From positions 930,001 through 962,000 of the forward strand of contig NZ_LT549890.1 in assembly GCF_900079115.1 (NCBI RefSeq): a DNA stretch of 32,000 nucleotides, in the 5' to 3' direction. Under the pieces are notes generated by a model. The model was not told where the DNA came from. It did not search any database and was given only the letters and a program-made list of their open reading frames with translations. Positions within the stretch are counted from its first letter, which is position 1, and every line of letters starts with the position of its first letter. Position numbers and translations under genes: made by a program. Shown here in pieces: positions 9,389 to 19,010 of the stretch. The DNA is from Saccharolobus solfataricus. Its GTDB lineage: Archaea > Thermoproteota > Thermoprotei_A > Sulfolobales > Sulfolobaceae.

Positions 9389-9835
9389 TTATAGCCTCTT
9401 GCATGTTAATTTTTCAGAGGCTATTAATTCCTTCAATTTCTGTATAGCTGCTTGGCCACTAAATAGTTGTTTTAACTCCTCTGGATTACTCATCTTCATC
9501 TTTACTAACCATCCTTTTCCATATGGATCTTGATTTATAATGATTGGACTTTTCTCAGCCTCTGCATTAACCTCAACAACTTCTCCAGTTACTGGTGCCG
9601 GAACTGGTCCAGCCCACTTCCCACTTTCCATAGTGGCTACTGGTCTTCCCTTCTCTACCTTGGTGCCTTTTTTCTTTATCCTTACTTTAACTATCTTTCC
9701 TGCCATCGTTTGTGCAAGATCAGTTATTCCTACAACGATTGTATCTGGGCTCTCTAATTTAGCCCAAACTGTGTTTTTACCTTCTATAAAGTAATAAAGA
9801 TTTTCTGGTATTTCACAGTTCGATTCAACTACCAT
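9389..9835 (-). CDS. gcvH: Glycine-cleavage H-protein-like lipoyl carrier
   Basis: 148 aa. It has the H-protein pattern ...VGITDLAQ...VATMESGKWAGPVPAPVTGEVVEVN...DPYGKGWL, with the lipoyl-lysine context ESxK followed by APVSGEVxEVN. Confidence 0.85.
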   Translation of the reverse strand: MVVESNCEIPENLYYFIEGKNTVWAKLESPDTIVVGITDLAQTMAGKIVKVRIKKKGTKVEKGRPVATMESGKWAGPVPAPVTGEVVEVNAEAEKSPIIINQDPYGKGWLVKMKMSNPEELKQLFSGQAAIQKLKELIASEKLTCKRL

Positions 9836-9943
9836 GTTTGGTCAGTAATATAATAAGTCTAATTAACTAAAAAAGTTTGCTTTAGAAAGCAGTTATCAGA
9901 AAAATGAGAATAATGAAATCTTATTTTTCAGATAGCCAGACTT

Positions 9944-10975
9944 ATGATTATGAACACTAAGGAAAGATCGCTGCTTGGAAGCTGGATAATATGGAGTGTT
10001 GCATACTATATGTACTATCCGTTTATATCCATCTATCTTTCTCGTTTCGTGGAAGAATCTAAATTAAGCCTATTTTTCGTAGTATTTCAAGCAGTATCCT
10101 TGCCTCTTCCGCTAATAGGGGCTAGACTAAGTAAGCGTAACAGAATTCTTCCAATAATTATTGGAATGTTAGTAGGAGGGATAGGTATGATAATGCTTCC
10201 TTTTTCTAGAAACATTTTGGAAGCTACAATATTTATGTCACTCAATTACTTCATATCCTTATCGCTTCCCTCTTACTATTCTTTGATGTCAGAAGTTGGT
10301 GAAGGTACTATAACTAGAATATGGTCACTATCGATTTTACCTTCTATAATAATGCCTTCATTGGGTGGACTTCTAGCCCAATATTTTGGTCTAAGATTAC
10401 TTTTTATGATAGGTGGGATAGTCCTTGCTACATCTTTCCTACCTATGGTAAATTCTTCATATAATTCGTCGAGTCAAAGCTTATTGAACTTTAATATTAC
10501 TATAAGGTCTTTCCTTCCAGCAATTTTAATATTACCTATAGCAATGGAGTTTCCCTATATCTACTTAGTAGTTTATAACTACTTTCATTTAACAAAGGAG
10601 TACGTTGGGATAATAGCTACTTCAGCTGAGATTCTTGGTATGTTGTTAACCTATCTAGCATCGAAGCTCATATTTAGAAAGAAATACCTTCTCTCACTAT
10701 CTCTTTTTCTCTTCTCTTTAACGTCTTTGTACTTTTTATCACCAACTATTGCAATCTTTTTTGGTTGTTGGGAGGTTATAGTACCGCTAACCCTAGAGTA
10801 TTTTTCATCTAGGAAAACAGTATATGATTTTGCCTTAATTACTACGATGCAAGGTTTAGGCTGGGTTTTAGGATACTTAATAGACTATTTCATCCCAAAT
10901 ATAAGCCTTTTATTATTAAGTAGTAGTCTTATAGCTTTTTTATTAGCCTTGATGATAGTATTTACCAAGGATTGA
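9944..10975 (+). CDS. Multi-pass membrane transporter, MFS-like
   Basis: 343 aa with about 10-11 hydrophobic helices and short charged loops (RLSKRNR). The assignment rests on topology only. Confidence 0.55.
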   Translation: MIMNTKERSLLGSWIIWSVAYYMYYPFISIYLSRFVEESKLSLFFVVFQAVSLPLPLIGARLSKRNRILPIIIGMLVGGIGMIMLPFSRNILEATIFMSLNYFISLSLPSYYSLMSEVGEGTITRIWSLSILPSIIMPSLGGLLAQYFGLRLLFMIGGIVLATSFLPMVNSSYNSSSQSLLNFNITIRSFLPAILILPIAMEFPYIYLVVYNYFHLTKEYVGIIATSAEILGMLLTYLASKLIFRKKYLLSLSLFLFSLTSLYFLSPTIAIFFGCWEVIVPLTLEYFSSRKTVYDFALITTMQGLGWVLGYLIDYFIPNISLLLLSSSLIAFLLALMIVFTKD

Positions 10976-11259
10976 TGTCAATGAACGTTAAAGAGCTAGC
11001 AATTCTAACTTTGTTGTCAGAAGGTGAATTAAGCGTTAAAGAAATACAAGAATACGTAAATATATCTAGAAGAAATCTAGTTAAAACCATAAGAAAATTA
11101 GAGAGGAAAGGTTATATTCAAGAAAAGGCATATGTAGGTGATGATGTTATAGTTGAAATTACTGAGTATGGGATGGAAATACTATATAAAAATTTTGTAT
11201 ATTTAAGAGGTTTAATAAACGAAATGGAAGATATTTTATGTAGTAAGTTCGACTGTTAA
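10972..11259 (+). CDS. Small winged-helix transcriptional regulator
   Basis: 95 aa. ELAILTLLSEGELSVKEIQEYVNISRRNLVKTIRKLERKGYI is a typical wHTH (ArsR/MarR/PadR-like) recognition module. Its start overlaps the stop of the upstream transporter by 4 nt. Confidence 0.55.
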   Translation: MMSMNVKELAILTLLSEGELSVKEIQEYVNISRRNLVKTIRKLERKGYIQEKAYVGDDVIVEITEYGMEILYKNFVYLRGLINEMEDILCSKFDC

Positions 11260-12174
11260 TTATGCGAATATATTATAGAAGTCCAATACCCGTTTAAGCT
11301 TATAGAAGACTGGATGAGGCTTGTTTCTGGGGTAATATTTTAAATCTCTTAGCAAAGAATCATCAGTAACGTAAACTTTGAGTAAGTTAACCCCGTATAT
11401 TCCGTACATATAATATGGTGAGACTCTTTCCGCAATTGATATAAAGTCTTCCACAAAATCGCTTATTTCAACTATATAACTGTTTTTATCAGAAACTTCG
11501 GAAATCATAGGAATTCCTTCATCCTTAGAGTAACTTTGCAAATCATATTGAGTAACGTAAGATGCATGTATTTCAAAAGCCTTATTATCTCCTTCATATT
11601 CTACTAGGAGCGCAATTGGTTTCAGACCTATTAATTTTCTTAATTCAAGTTTTAATTCTTTCTTATCAGTTATCTCTCTTTCATATATAAATACCTTACT
11701 TGGTTTCTCATATAGTTTTAGACTAGCTTTCGTTATTACTCCAAATAAACCTTGTGAACCGATTACAGCTCTCCATCTGATTTTGCCAAAAGTATTTATG
11801 AAATCTACCCACTCTGTGAAATTCCATGGCGTGCCATATGCCGTAGATATACTTGACATTTCGTTAAGTGCTAGTAGACCACCTATACTTCCATCATAAA
11901 TTGATGGGAATAAAAGCCCCTTTTGTAACGCTTCTTCTCTTATTTTCTTGACATCAGCCCCACTGTCAGCTATTACCTTGTTTTCACTTATTTCGAAATT
12001 GTTAAGTTTTTCAGTTGTAATTATCATTATATCTGGTTTGATTTCCCTCTTTGTATGTGAGCCAAATCCTCTTATCCCTACTTTCTTATTGTCTTTTTTA
12101 GATTCACTAATTATCTGAAAGACCTCATTCTCATCAGCTGGGTTTACTTCTAACACAAATATTATCTTAATCAA
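11260..12174 (-). CDS. FAD-binding (PCMH/FAD_binding_4-type) oxidoreductase subunit, GlcE-like
   Basis: 304 aa. [10 protein letters not shown]..., [30 protein letters not shown] and [20 protein letters not shown] are in the order expected for the FAD-binding domain of FAD-linked oxidases. Confidence 0.6.
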   Translation of the reverse strand: MIKIIFVLEVNPADENEVFQIISESKKDNKKVGIRGFGSHTKREIKPDIMIITTEKLNNFEISENKVIADSGADVKKIREEALQKGLLFPSIYDGSIGGLLALNEMSSISTAYGTPWNFTEWVDFINTFGKIRWRAVIGSQGLFGVITKASLKLYEKPSKVFIYEREITDKKELKLELRKLIGLKPIALLVEYEGDNKAFEIHASYVTQYDLQSYSKDEGIPMISEVSDKNSYIVEISDFVEDFISIAERVSPYYMYGIYGVNLLKVYVTDDSLLRDLKYYPRNKPHPVFYKLKRVLDFYNIFA

Positions 12175-12208
12175 AAAGATATTTAACCATAAAACCCACC
12201 TACCTAGT

Positions 12209-12685
12209 GTGCCAAAAGTAGCTGTAATTATGGGAAGTAAAAATGACTGGGAATATATGAGAGAAGCTGTAGAGATTTTGAAACAATTCGGGATAGACTA
12301 TGAGGCTAGAGTGGTTTCAGCTCATAGAACACCAGAATTTATGATGCAATACGCTAAAGAAGCAGAAAAAAGAGGAATAGAAGTAATTATTGCTGGGGCT
12401 GGTGGAGCAGCTCATTTGCCAGGCATGGTTGCTTCACTTACAAGTCTTCCAGTTATTGGTGTTCCTATTCCCTCAAAGAATCTAAATGGTCTTGACTCGC
12501 TTCTTTCAATAGTGCAAATGCCCTATGGAGTCCCAGTAGCTACTGTGGCAATAGGTGGTGCCAAAAACGCTGCGCTACTGGCAATTAGGATTTTAGGAAT
12601 AAAATATAAGGAATTAGCAGATAAAATTAAAAAATTCTCAGAGGATATGAGGAACGATGTTCTCAGTACTAGACTGGAAGCCTAA
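12209..12685 (+). CDS. purE: N5-carboxyaminoimidazole ribonucleotide mutase
   Basis: 158 aa with a GTG start. [36 protein letters not shown] and PVIGVP are the hallmark PurE blocks. Confidence 0.9.
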   Translation: MPKVAVIMGSKNDWEYMREAVEILKQFGIDYEARVVSAHRTPEFMMQYAKEAEKRGIEVIIAGAGGAAHLPGMVASLTSLPVIGVPIPSKNLNGLDSLLSIVQMPYGVPVATVAIGGAKNAALLAIRILGIKYKELADKIKKFSEDMRNDVLSTRLEA

Positions 12686-13754
12686 AATTGGAATATTAGG
12701 AGGAGGACAGCTCGGCTGGATGATAGTATTAGAGGGTAGAAAATACCCATTTACTTTTTACGTATTAGAGAACGATAAGAATGCTCCAGCTTGCAGAATT
12801 GCAGATAGGTGTTTCTCTCCTCAAGATTATAAGGAATTCGTTGATTCCTCAGACGTTATAACATTTGAGTTCGAACACGTGTATGAAAAGGCATTAGAGT
12901 ATGCTGAGTATAGTGGCAAGCTATTACCTAGACTTAACTCTGTAGAGTTGAAGAGAGAGCGTTATAAGGAGAAGCTGTTCTATAGACAACATAATTTACC
13001 AACTCCTAGATTCTATGTAGCAGAGGATGGTGAGGAAGCATTAAAGATATTAAGAGAGGAATTCAATAATGTCGGAGTTATTAAGGAATCTAAAGGAGGA
13101 TATGATGGTAAGGGGCAATATTTCATCTTTAATGACGTTGAGAAATATCAATTTCTAAGGGAAAAGAAAGAGAAGATGGTCGTTGAGGAGTATGTAAAAT
13201 TTGATTTTGAGGCCTCCATTATTATAGCAAGGGATAAGAGAGGTGTTTTTATTAGTTACCCTCCAACTTATAATTATAATGAAAAAGGTATTTTAGTTTA
13301 TAATTATGGGCCGTATAATAATCAGAATATAGTAGAGATTGCAAGAAGGTTAAGTGAGGAGTTGGATTACGTAGGAATTATGGGCGTTGAGGTATTCGTA
13401 GTTAACGGTAAAGTTTTAATTAATGAGTTTGCCCCAAGAGTTCACAATACTGGGCACTATACTCTTGACGGCGCTCTAATCTCTCAATTTGAACAACACC
13501 TAAGGGCAATAATCGGTATGGAGTTAGGTCCATCTACCATCTTATCTCCTAGCGGGATGGTTAATATTCTTGGTACAGATAAAATACCAGTTGAGGTATT
13601 AAAATACGGTAAAGTTTACTGGTACTCTAAGAGTGAAGTTAGGAAGAGGAGAAAAATGGGTCATGTAAATGTAGTAGGGAACAATCTTGAAGAAGTTAAG
13701 CAAAAAATTGATAAAATTATGCAACTAATCTATACTAATGGGTTAGATTTATGA
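12657..13754 (+). CDS. purK: N5-carboxyaminoimidazole ribonucleotide synthase (ATP-grasp)
   Basis: 365 aa. [12 protein letters not shown] at the N-terminus, an ATP-grasp core (GGYDGKGQ), [13 protein letters not shown] and KMGHVN at the C-terminus. It overlaps the purE end by 29 nt. Confidence 0.9.
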   Translation: MFSVLDWKPKIGILGGGQLGWMIVLEGRKYPFTFYVLENDKNAPACRIADRCFSPQDYKEFVDSSDVITFEFEHVYEKALEYAEYSGKLLPRLNSVELKRERYKEKLFYRQHNLPTPRFYVAEDGEEALKILREEFNNVGVIKESKGGYDGKGQYFIFNDVEKYQFLREKKEKMVVEEYVKFDFEASIIIARDKRGVFISYPPTYNYNEKGILVYNYGPYNNQNIVEIARRLSEELDYVGIMGVEVFVVNGKVLINEFAPRVHNTGHYTLDGALISQFEQHLRAIIGMELGPSTILSPSGMVNILGTDKIPVEVLKYGKVYWYSKSEVRKRRKMGHVNVVGNNLEEVKQKIDKIMQLIYTNGLDL

Positions 13755-14107
13755 GGTTCAGATTTAAAATTTGGATTGAAGCAGAGGACGGAAAGCCACT
13801 TATAGGTAAAGGAGGGGTAAAATTACTAAGAGCGATTGAGGAAACCGGCTCTCTTTCCAGTGCTTCCAAATCACTTGGTGTATCATATAAGTTTGCCTGG
13901 GAATATGTCAAAAGAATTAATGAAATATTAAGCGATTCTGTAGAAATGAGAAAAGGAGGAAAGAACGCAGGAGGTTCTAAGGTTAATGAAAAATTAGATA
14001 AGCTGTTAAATATTTATGAGGAGGCACAAAAGGAGATTTCAGAAATCCTTGAAAAATATAATAAAAAGATAAATGAAGTATTAAATCAAGAAGGGGAAAA
14101 AGCTTAG
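13751..14107 (+). CDS. ModE-N-terminal-like HTH regulator (no molybdate-binding domain)
   Basis: 118 aa. [39 protein letters not shown]...[10 protein letters not shown] matches the ModE N-terminal HTH pattern (GSIs.AAk.lgmSYk.AW ... GGk.GGg). ATGA overlap with the purK stop. Confidence 0.65.
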   Translation: MRFRFKIWIEAEDGKPLIGKGGVKLLRAIEETGSLSSASKSLGVSYKFAWEYVKRINEILSDSVEMRKGGKNAGGSKVNEKLDKLLNIYEEAQKEISEILEKYNKKINEVLNQEGEKA

Positions 14108-14115
14108 TAGTAATA

Positions 14116-14637
14116 TTACTTTATACTCTTAAGTGCCTTAATTAAAGTGGACGCAAAAGCAGGTAGATCACTAGGGACTCTAGATGATATTAGATTTTCA
14201 TCTACTACTACATCGTTATCAACGTAAATTCCTCCCGCTGCTATTACATCATCTTTTATTGAGTTAACTGACGTTAGTTTTCTTCCTTTTACTAGATTAG
14301 CTGAGATTAAAATTTGAGGACCGTGGCATATTGCAGCTACTGGCTTCTTTAATTCAAAGAACTTTCTCGTAATATTCTTTACTTCTTCTAATGTTCTTAT
14401 ATGCTCTGGGCCTCTTCCGCCTGGAATAACTAATGCTATATAATCTTCCGGCCTTACGTCCTTAAATGCTATGTCAGAAATTACAGTATATCCATGCTTT
14501 CCGATAACCTTACTATTAGCCTCTTTCCACGCTATTACAGGTTTGAAACCCTCTTCCATAACTCTATAGAAGGGATATAATAACTCTATATCTTCAAACT
14601 CTTCTCCAACTAAGAATAATACCTTTTTAGAGTCCAT
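14116..14637 (-). CDS. pfpI: DJ-1/PfpI-family intracellular protease/deglycase
   Basis: 173 aa. PGGRGPE and the nucleophile-elbow context PVAAICHGPQIL are diagnostic of PfpI/DJ-1. Confidence 0.9.
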   Translation of the reverse strand: MDSKKVLFLVGEEFEDIELLYPFYRVMEEGFKPVIAWKEANSKVIGKHGYTVISDIAFKDVRPEDYIALVIPGGRGPEHIRTLEEVKNITRKFFELKKPVAAICHGPQILISANLVKGRKLTSVNSIKDDVIAAGGIYVDNDVVVDENLISSRVPSDLPAFASTLIKALKSIK

Positions 14638-15312
14638 AATAGCATATAACTTATATTTTAATAAAAAAGCTTTCTAAAACTAAACTTTATTATACTCTAA
14701 AAACTCATTCTTGTTTTATCGTTCCTTAATCATATTTTTCCATTTCTTCAGTTCTAGATTCGGTATAAATAGCTGCGTAATAACACGTATTTCGATTTCG
14801 CTTGCAATAATTATATCCCATAAGTATGGTAAAGGCGCTAAAGAACATAATAGTCTAGCACTACCAAAGAAACTAATGATACAAATTATGAGTAGCGGTT
14901 TAGGAAAAATTCCCTTACTTACCTTATATCTTATAATAGGTAGGGTAAATTTTCTATGGCAGATATTGCGTATAATGTTAAAAGTGATTCTCAGAAAACT
15001 TATTTTTTAAGGAAAGAGAAGATTGTATAATGTAAATTAAACGTAAATTTCAAGGAAGTCGTATATGAGTGTCAAACCTACTAGCCAATGAATAACTTCT
15101 CCACACCCTATAGGATAAGATTTATTATATCTCCTCTGACTGTTATGGATAAGAGTATTTAATCTGGTTTTTGAAGAGTTAAATTTCTATTCATTTAGAA
15201 TCTTCATTGGGCTTATTTTTATAACTCAAAGAAGGGTAAATTCCTACATTATATTTTACTTTGAGCTCTTTTTAAGTTTAAAACTAAATAGTCTGTTGTA
15301 CTTGGTACATGA

Positions 15313-15324
15313 AAATTTATAAAG
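15313..15324 (+). promoter_or_regulatory. TATA-like box for the APC permease gene
   Basis: AAATTTATAAAG is centred about 28 nt upstream of the ATG at 15346. Confidence 0.35.
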
Positions 15325-15345
15325 TATATAAGTGTATATACTTCT

Positions 15346-17289
15346 ATGGGTGAAAGAGAAGCCAAAGGAGCAAGAGATTTAGGTATTTCTTCAGATAAAC
15401 AATTAAGGAGAAGCTTAGGAAAATTTGAGCTATTATACCTCTCATTAGGAGGAATTATAGGATCTGGATGGTTATTTGCATCTTTAAGTACAGCAGCTTA
15501 TGCTGGCGGTGCAGCTATATTGAGCTGGATAATTGCTGGAATTTTAGTAATGTTTGTGGGTTTAGCTTATGCTGAAATAGGTGCAGCAATTCCAAAAAGT
15601 GGTGGAATAACAAGATATCCGCATTATACTCACGGAGGGCTAGTAGGGTATATAATTACTTGGGCTTATTTCCTTTCCGCTGCATCAGTGCCAGCTATTG
15701 AGGCAGCAGCAGCAATAGAATATATAGGATCTTATTACCCTCAGCTAATAACTTCTGGAACTTTTGATGGAACTACCGTAACAATTTTGACACCATTAGG
15801 CATAGGATTAGCTGGTCTATTGTTAATTTTCTTCTTCTTTTTAAATTACTTCGGAGTTAACATTTTAGGAAAAGTGACTCATGGTGCAGGTTGGTGGAAA
15901 TTATTGGTGCCAACAATAACTTTTTTAGCATTATTAGCGTTGGACCTGCACTCAGCTAACTTTACATTAGGTGGAGGTTTCTTCCCATCTGCACAATATG
16001 TAAAAGGAGGTTCCTCTGGAATTTATGGTTTTAGTGCAGTTCTCTTTGCTATTCCTTCTACCGGAGTAATTTTCGCTTATCTAGGATTTAGACAAGCAGT
16101 AGAATATGGGGGTGAAGGTAAAAATCCCAGTAAAGATATACCATTTGCGGTGTTAGGTTCATTACTTATAGCTATTGCGTTATATACGTTACTTCAAGTT
16201 AGCTTTATAGGAGGAATAGATTGGAGCAAATTATATCTTGTTAATAAGACTACTGGTATATTAATCCCCGTTGTACCAGGGAATTGGTCAGCATTAAGTA
16301 CAGCAGTCACAGCATCTAACGTCTCAATATCTTCTGGCCCATTCTTAGTTCTAACTCAGATTGCCCCAGTCTCTGGTCTAGCTGCAGCGTTTTTCACGGC
16401 TTTAGCGGTTTTATTAACTATTGATGCTGTAGTTTCACCATCCGGAACTGGATGGATTTATACTGGAACTTCAACTAGAACACTATACGCATTTGCTAGT
16501 AATGGTTATTTACCAGAAATTTTCTTAAAGATTGGAAAGACTAAAATACCAACTTATTCACTAATTGCAGCATTAATAGTAGGTTTCATATTCTTACTAC
16601 CATTTCCATCGTGGTATGCTTTAGTAGGTTTCATATCTTCAGCGACAGTATTAACTTACATTATGGGCGGAATTGGATTAGCAGTCTTAAGAAAACACGC
16701 TAAGGAATTAAATAGACCATTTAGAGTACCCGCATCAGTAATAATTGCACCAATAGCAACACTAGCAGCTGGTTTAATAGTTTACTGGTCAAGTTTTGCT
16801 ATTCTCTTTTACGTATTTACTGGAATATTCTTAGGTCTTCCATTATTCTTTATATTCTATTCCAATAGAATATTAGGGATAAATAAGGCATATTCAATAG
16901 TTGTTGGCGTTATTAACTTAGTAATAGATCTAGTAATGGCATTCTTGTTATTTGATGAGACTAGCGGACTTGGTGCTGCTAACAATCTCTTCTTCGGAAT
17001 TTATATAGTAGTTATTGCAGCTATGCTAATTGGCGATATGTTATTCTTGCTGAAAACTGTACCTCCAGATGTTAAGAGAGAAATTAATGCCGGATGGTGG
17101 TTAATTTACTTTATCTTAGCAATTTACATAATATCATATTTTGGAGGATTTGGGCTATATACTATAATACCATTTCCATATGATACTATAGTTGCTGCTA
17201 TTGTAATACTCATTGGATACTTCTGGGCTATAAGAAGTGGTTTCAGAACTCAAGCAATTCAAGATATAATTCAGGCAACTAGAGAATAA
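15346..17289 (+). CDS. APC-superfamily amino acid/polyamine permease with a long C-terminal membrane extension
   Basis: 647 aa with more than 12 hydrophobic helices. The N-terminal block SLGGIIGSGWLFA...AYAEIGAAIPKSGG is typical of APC permeases. Confidence 0.8.
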   Translation: MGEREAKGARDLGISSDKQLRRSLGKFELLYLSLGGIIGSGWLFASLSTAAYAGGAAILSWIIAGILVMFVGLAYAEIGAAIPKSGGITRYPHYTHGGLVGYIITWAYFLSAASVPAIEAAAAIEYIGSYYPQLITSGTFDGTTVTILTPLGIGLAGLLLIFFFFLNYFGVNILGKVTHGAGWWKLLVPTITFLALLALDLHSANFTLGGGFFPSAQYVKGGSSGIYGFSAVLFAIPSTGVIFAYLGFRQAVEYGGEGKNPSKDIPFAVLGSLLIAIALYTLLQVSFIGGIDWSKLYLVNKTTGILIPVVPGNWSALSTAVTASNVSISSGPFLVLTQIAPVSGLAAAFFTALAVLLTIDAVVSPSGTGWIYTGTSTRTLYAFASNGYLPEIFLKIGKTKIPTYSLIAALIVGFIFLLPFPSWYALVGFISSATVLTYIMGGIGLAVLRKHAKELNRPFRVPASVIIAPIATLAAGLIVYWSSFAILFYVFTGIFLGLPLFFIFYSNRILGINKAYSIVVGVINLVIDLVMAFLLFDETSGLGAANNLFFGIYIVVIAAMLIGDMLFLLKTVPPDVKREINAGWWLIYFILAIYIISYFGGFGLYTIIPFPYDTIVAAIVILIGYFWAIRSGFRTQAIQDIIQATRE

Positions 17290-17319
17290 AGTAGTTAGAT
17301 AATCAAGCAGTATAAAATA

Positions 17320-17325
17320 TTTTTT
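17320..17325 (+). terminator. T-tract after the APC permease gene
   Basis: A TTTTTT run lies about 30 nt after the TAA stop. Confidence 0.25.
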
Positions 17326-17363
17326 AAGTTATAATTCTTTATTTATTTTTAAATTATAGGGGC

Positions 17364-17400
17364 GTTCAGTAATAAATCTTTCGGTCGAATTTTGAGCATA
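17364..17400 (+). repeat. Short relic of the tnpB-3'/right-end repeat family (copy D)
   Basis: GTTCAGTaatAAATCTTTCgGTcgaATTTTGag aligns with copy C GTTCAGTccgacggtagcttccggtatAAAAATCTTTCcGTtagtATTTTGg. Confidence 0.45.
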
Positions 17401-18423
17401 GTGTAAGTTACAATTGCCACGCAAATTGAAAGAGATCCGCGTGGCGATTAGGGTGTCACTTTACCTCATAAGGTTTATTATTGTACCAAACACTCCACAC
17501 TATCCTAGCCAACTTCCTAGCTAAGGCAGTGTACAACTTCTTACCCTTCAGTTTGTCCTTGTGGGTTTCGTAGAACTTAAGGAGAGTTGGGTTACGCGAA
17601 TATTGAGTCTCGGCAAGGAAATAAAACAAGCTACGCAAATACTTGTTACCCCTCTTGGAGATACCCTTTCTAACCTCAATCCTACCACTCCTCTCAACCA
17701 CCGGGTCTAAACCGCAATAAGCAACGAAGGATTCAGGTCTTGGGAAGCGCCTAATATCACCCACAATCCCAATTATAATCCCAGCTGCCAGTTTCCCTAT
17801 TCCGGGAATCGTGAGTAACACGTGGTCTTGAGGCACATTACTCTCTATCATTTTCCCCACCTCCTTCAACTCTTCTCGTGTTTGAAGTAGTATCCTAGCT
17901 AGGACTTGAATCTCACGTAGTACTGTACCAGTGTATTCCAGTTGATACAGTTTTACGTCAGAGAAGTCTCCCTTAGAGAACTTCTCCAATCTCTCCTCGC
18001 TCAACTTCTCCTCGTCGTTCACGAGGAAGAGAGCTCTCCTTAACCTGTTCTCTTGTTTTGTTTGGGCATCCTTCATGAAGAGGTAGAGTGATACGAGCTC
18101 TCTCAAGGGGTTGTAGGTGTCTTTAGTCTTATTTACCATGTTTTCAAGTTTTTCTGCGTCGTAAAAATCTTTTTCCCCTTACATCCTTTTCTTTCCATAG
18201 CAAGACTGACTAATAGGACTTTCACTCCTTGAAGTATTGGCAAGGTCTTGTTGAGTATACTCCAGGGGGTTCTATCACAGTGATGTCTGGCTTCATGGTT
18301 AGTATTTCTTCGTAGCTCTTCTCGTTGTTCGTGAATTTCCTCACCCTCCCCTTACTTGTTACCAAGTGTTCCTTGGATACGTCTATTCCAATTACCCCTA
18401 CTCTTGTGTCACACCTATATTAG
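17401..18423 (-). mobile_element. IS110-family insertion sequence, copy 1 (ISC1190-like size class); ends uncertain
   Basis: It contains the whole, though broken, IS110-type transposase gene. No terminal inverted repeats are seen, as expected for the family. It is flanked at 17364-17400 and 18424-18478 by related tnpB-3'-relic sequence. Confidence 0.6.
17456..18410 (-). pseudogene. IS110-family (DEDD) transposase, frameshifted
   Basis: The 227-aa ORF 17456-18139 carries the C-terminal IS110/IS116/IS902 domain (LLTIPGIGKLAAGIIIGIVGDIRRFPRPESFVAYCGLDPVVERSG...RGNKYLR). The N-terminal DEDD part RVGVIGIDVSKEHLVTSKGRVRKFTNNEKSYEEILTMKPDITVIEPPGVYSTRPCQYFKE* lies upstream (about 18226-18405) in another frame and ends in a stop. 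I saw no ATG, GTG or TTG for the N-terminus in its reading frame. Confidence 0.8.
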
Positions 18424-18606
18424 TGAACGATGTTCAGTCCGACGGTAGCTTCCGGTATAAAAATCTTTCCGTTAGTATTTTGGAAAAGTTCTTAGACTAT
18501 GATCTAGTGGTATATCCTTTGCCTAAAGCTATAAACTTTCTGAAAGCACTAGTGAAAATCAAGCATAGTCCTCACTACTTATGCAAGGATAACTCTACTT
18601 ATCACT
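18424..18606 (+). repeat. Relic of the tnpB-3'/right-end repeat family (copy C)
   Basis: Colinear by eye with 5990-6235. GTGAACgatGTTcaGTCCGACGGTAGCT aligns with GTGAACaagtTTGTCCGtgACtttGGTgTAGCT. TGGAAAAGTTcTTAGacTATG aligns with TGGGAAAAGTTAGTTATGG. CACTACTTATGCAAGGATaaCTCTACTT aligns with CACTCACGTATGCAAGGATCTTCTACTT. The similarity ends about where the ancestral stop of IS110 copy 2 lies. Confidence 0.55.
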
Positions 18607-18855
18607 CGTTAGCGTTGAATGATTTGTTATAGTACAGTACGGCCCAAGTAATAACAGCTAGCACAAGCAACAATCAACTTCTTACCCTTCAACTTCCCCT
18701 TGTGCCCCTCATAAAAACGCCTAATTACGGGGTTAACTCTAATAGCACTTAGAGTTAGAAGATAGAAAGCCCTCCTCAAAACAGCATCTCCTAGAAATAC
18801 CCCTTGAAACAACACTCTTACTGCTAGACTTAACAACTGGATCAAGATCACAATA
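18602..18855 (-). pseudogene. IS110-family transposase copy 2, C-terminal fragment (frameshifted)
   Basis: Directly after the IS607 junction the minus strand reads YCDLDPVVKSSSKSVVSRGISRR. After frameshifts it reads ...AVLRRAFYLLTLSAIRVNPVIRRFYEGHKGKLKGKKLIVACA and ...AVITWAVLYYNKSFNANE*. These parallel copy 1: YCGLDPVVERSG...KYLRSLFYFLAETQYSRNPTLLKFYETHKDKLKGKKLYTALARKLARIVWSVWYNNKPYEVK*. Confidence 0.75.
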
Positions 18856-19010
18856 GGGGTTTGGGCTTCATAGGATTTCATGATATTTAATATCAACCCT
18901 CAGCCCTTGGGCTTCACCGAAGTCGCGGACGTTCATCCCTCTCCGCCCCATTAGCGGGATAACCCCAACCCACACCCGCGCTATTTCACGGATGTGAGGA
19001 AAACCGCACA
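18856..19010 (-). ncRNA. Predicted TnpB guide-RNA (omega/right-end RNA) scaffold
   Basis: This is the GC-richest stretch of the element. It covers the last ~47 codons of tnpB and runs to the inferred right end 12 nt past the stop, which is where TnpB-associated RNAs are encoded in characterised IS200/IS605-IS607 elements. It is also the only part of the element that recurs as relics elsewhere in the window. The extent is inferred, not measured. Confidence 0.4.

Noticed and set aside
7727-9794. Antisense ORFs 7727-8026, 8354-8569, 8774-9007, 9285-9533, 9530-9757 and 9540-9794.
   Set aside because: All lie opposite longer ORFs with clear family signatures (lplA, gcvH) or better coding character. 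They are typical shadow ORFs.
14711-15010. 99-aa ORF in the 700-bp gap between pfpI and the APC permease.
   Set aside because: It is low-complexity and I/L/F/S-rich with a TTG-type start and no promoter spacing or motif. The region is AT-rich intergenic DNA. I could not support any feature there.
17415-17447. Hairpin GCCACGC-16 nt-GCGTGGC just 3' of the IS110 copy 1 stop, as a homologue of the 5421-5471 hairpin.
   Set aside because: The arm sequences are arranged inside-out relative to each other (GCCACGC...GCGTGGC against CGTGGCG...CGCCACG) and the loops are unrelated. The resemblance is probably coincidental. It may still be an IS110 3'-end structure or a terminator.
18366-18632. 88-aa plus-strand ORF between the two IS110 copies.
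   Set aside because: It is assembled from antisense IS110 N-terminal sequence plus the tnpB-relic copy C. Part of its sequence (VNDVQSDGS) is the decayed tnpB C-terminus, so it is not a functional gene.
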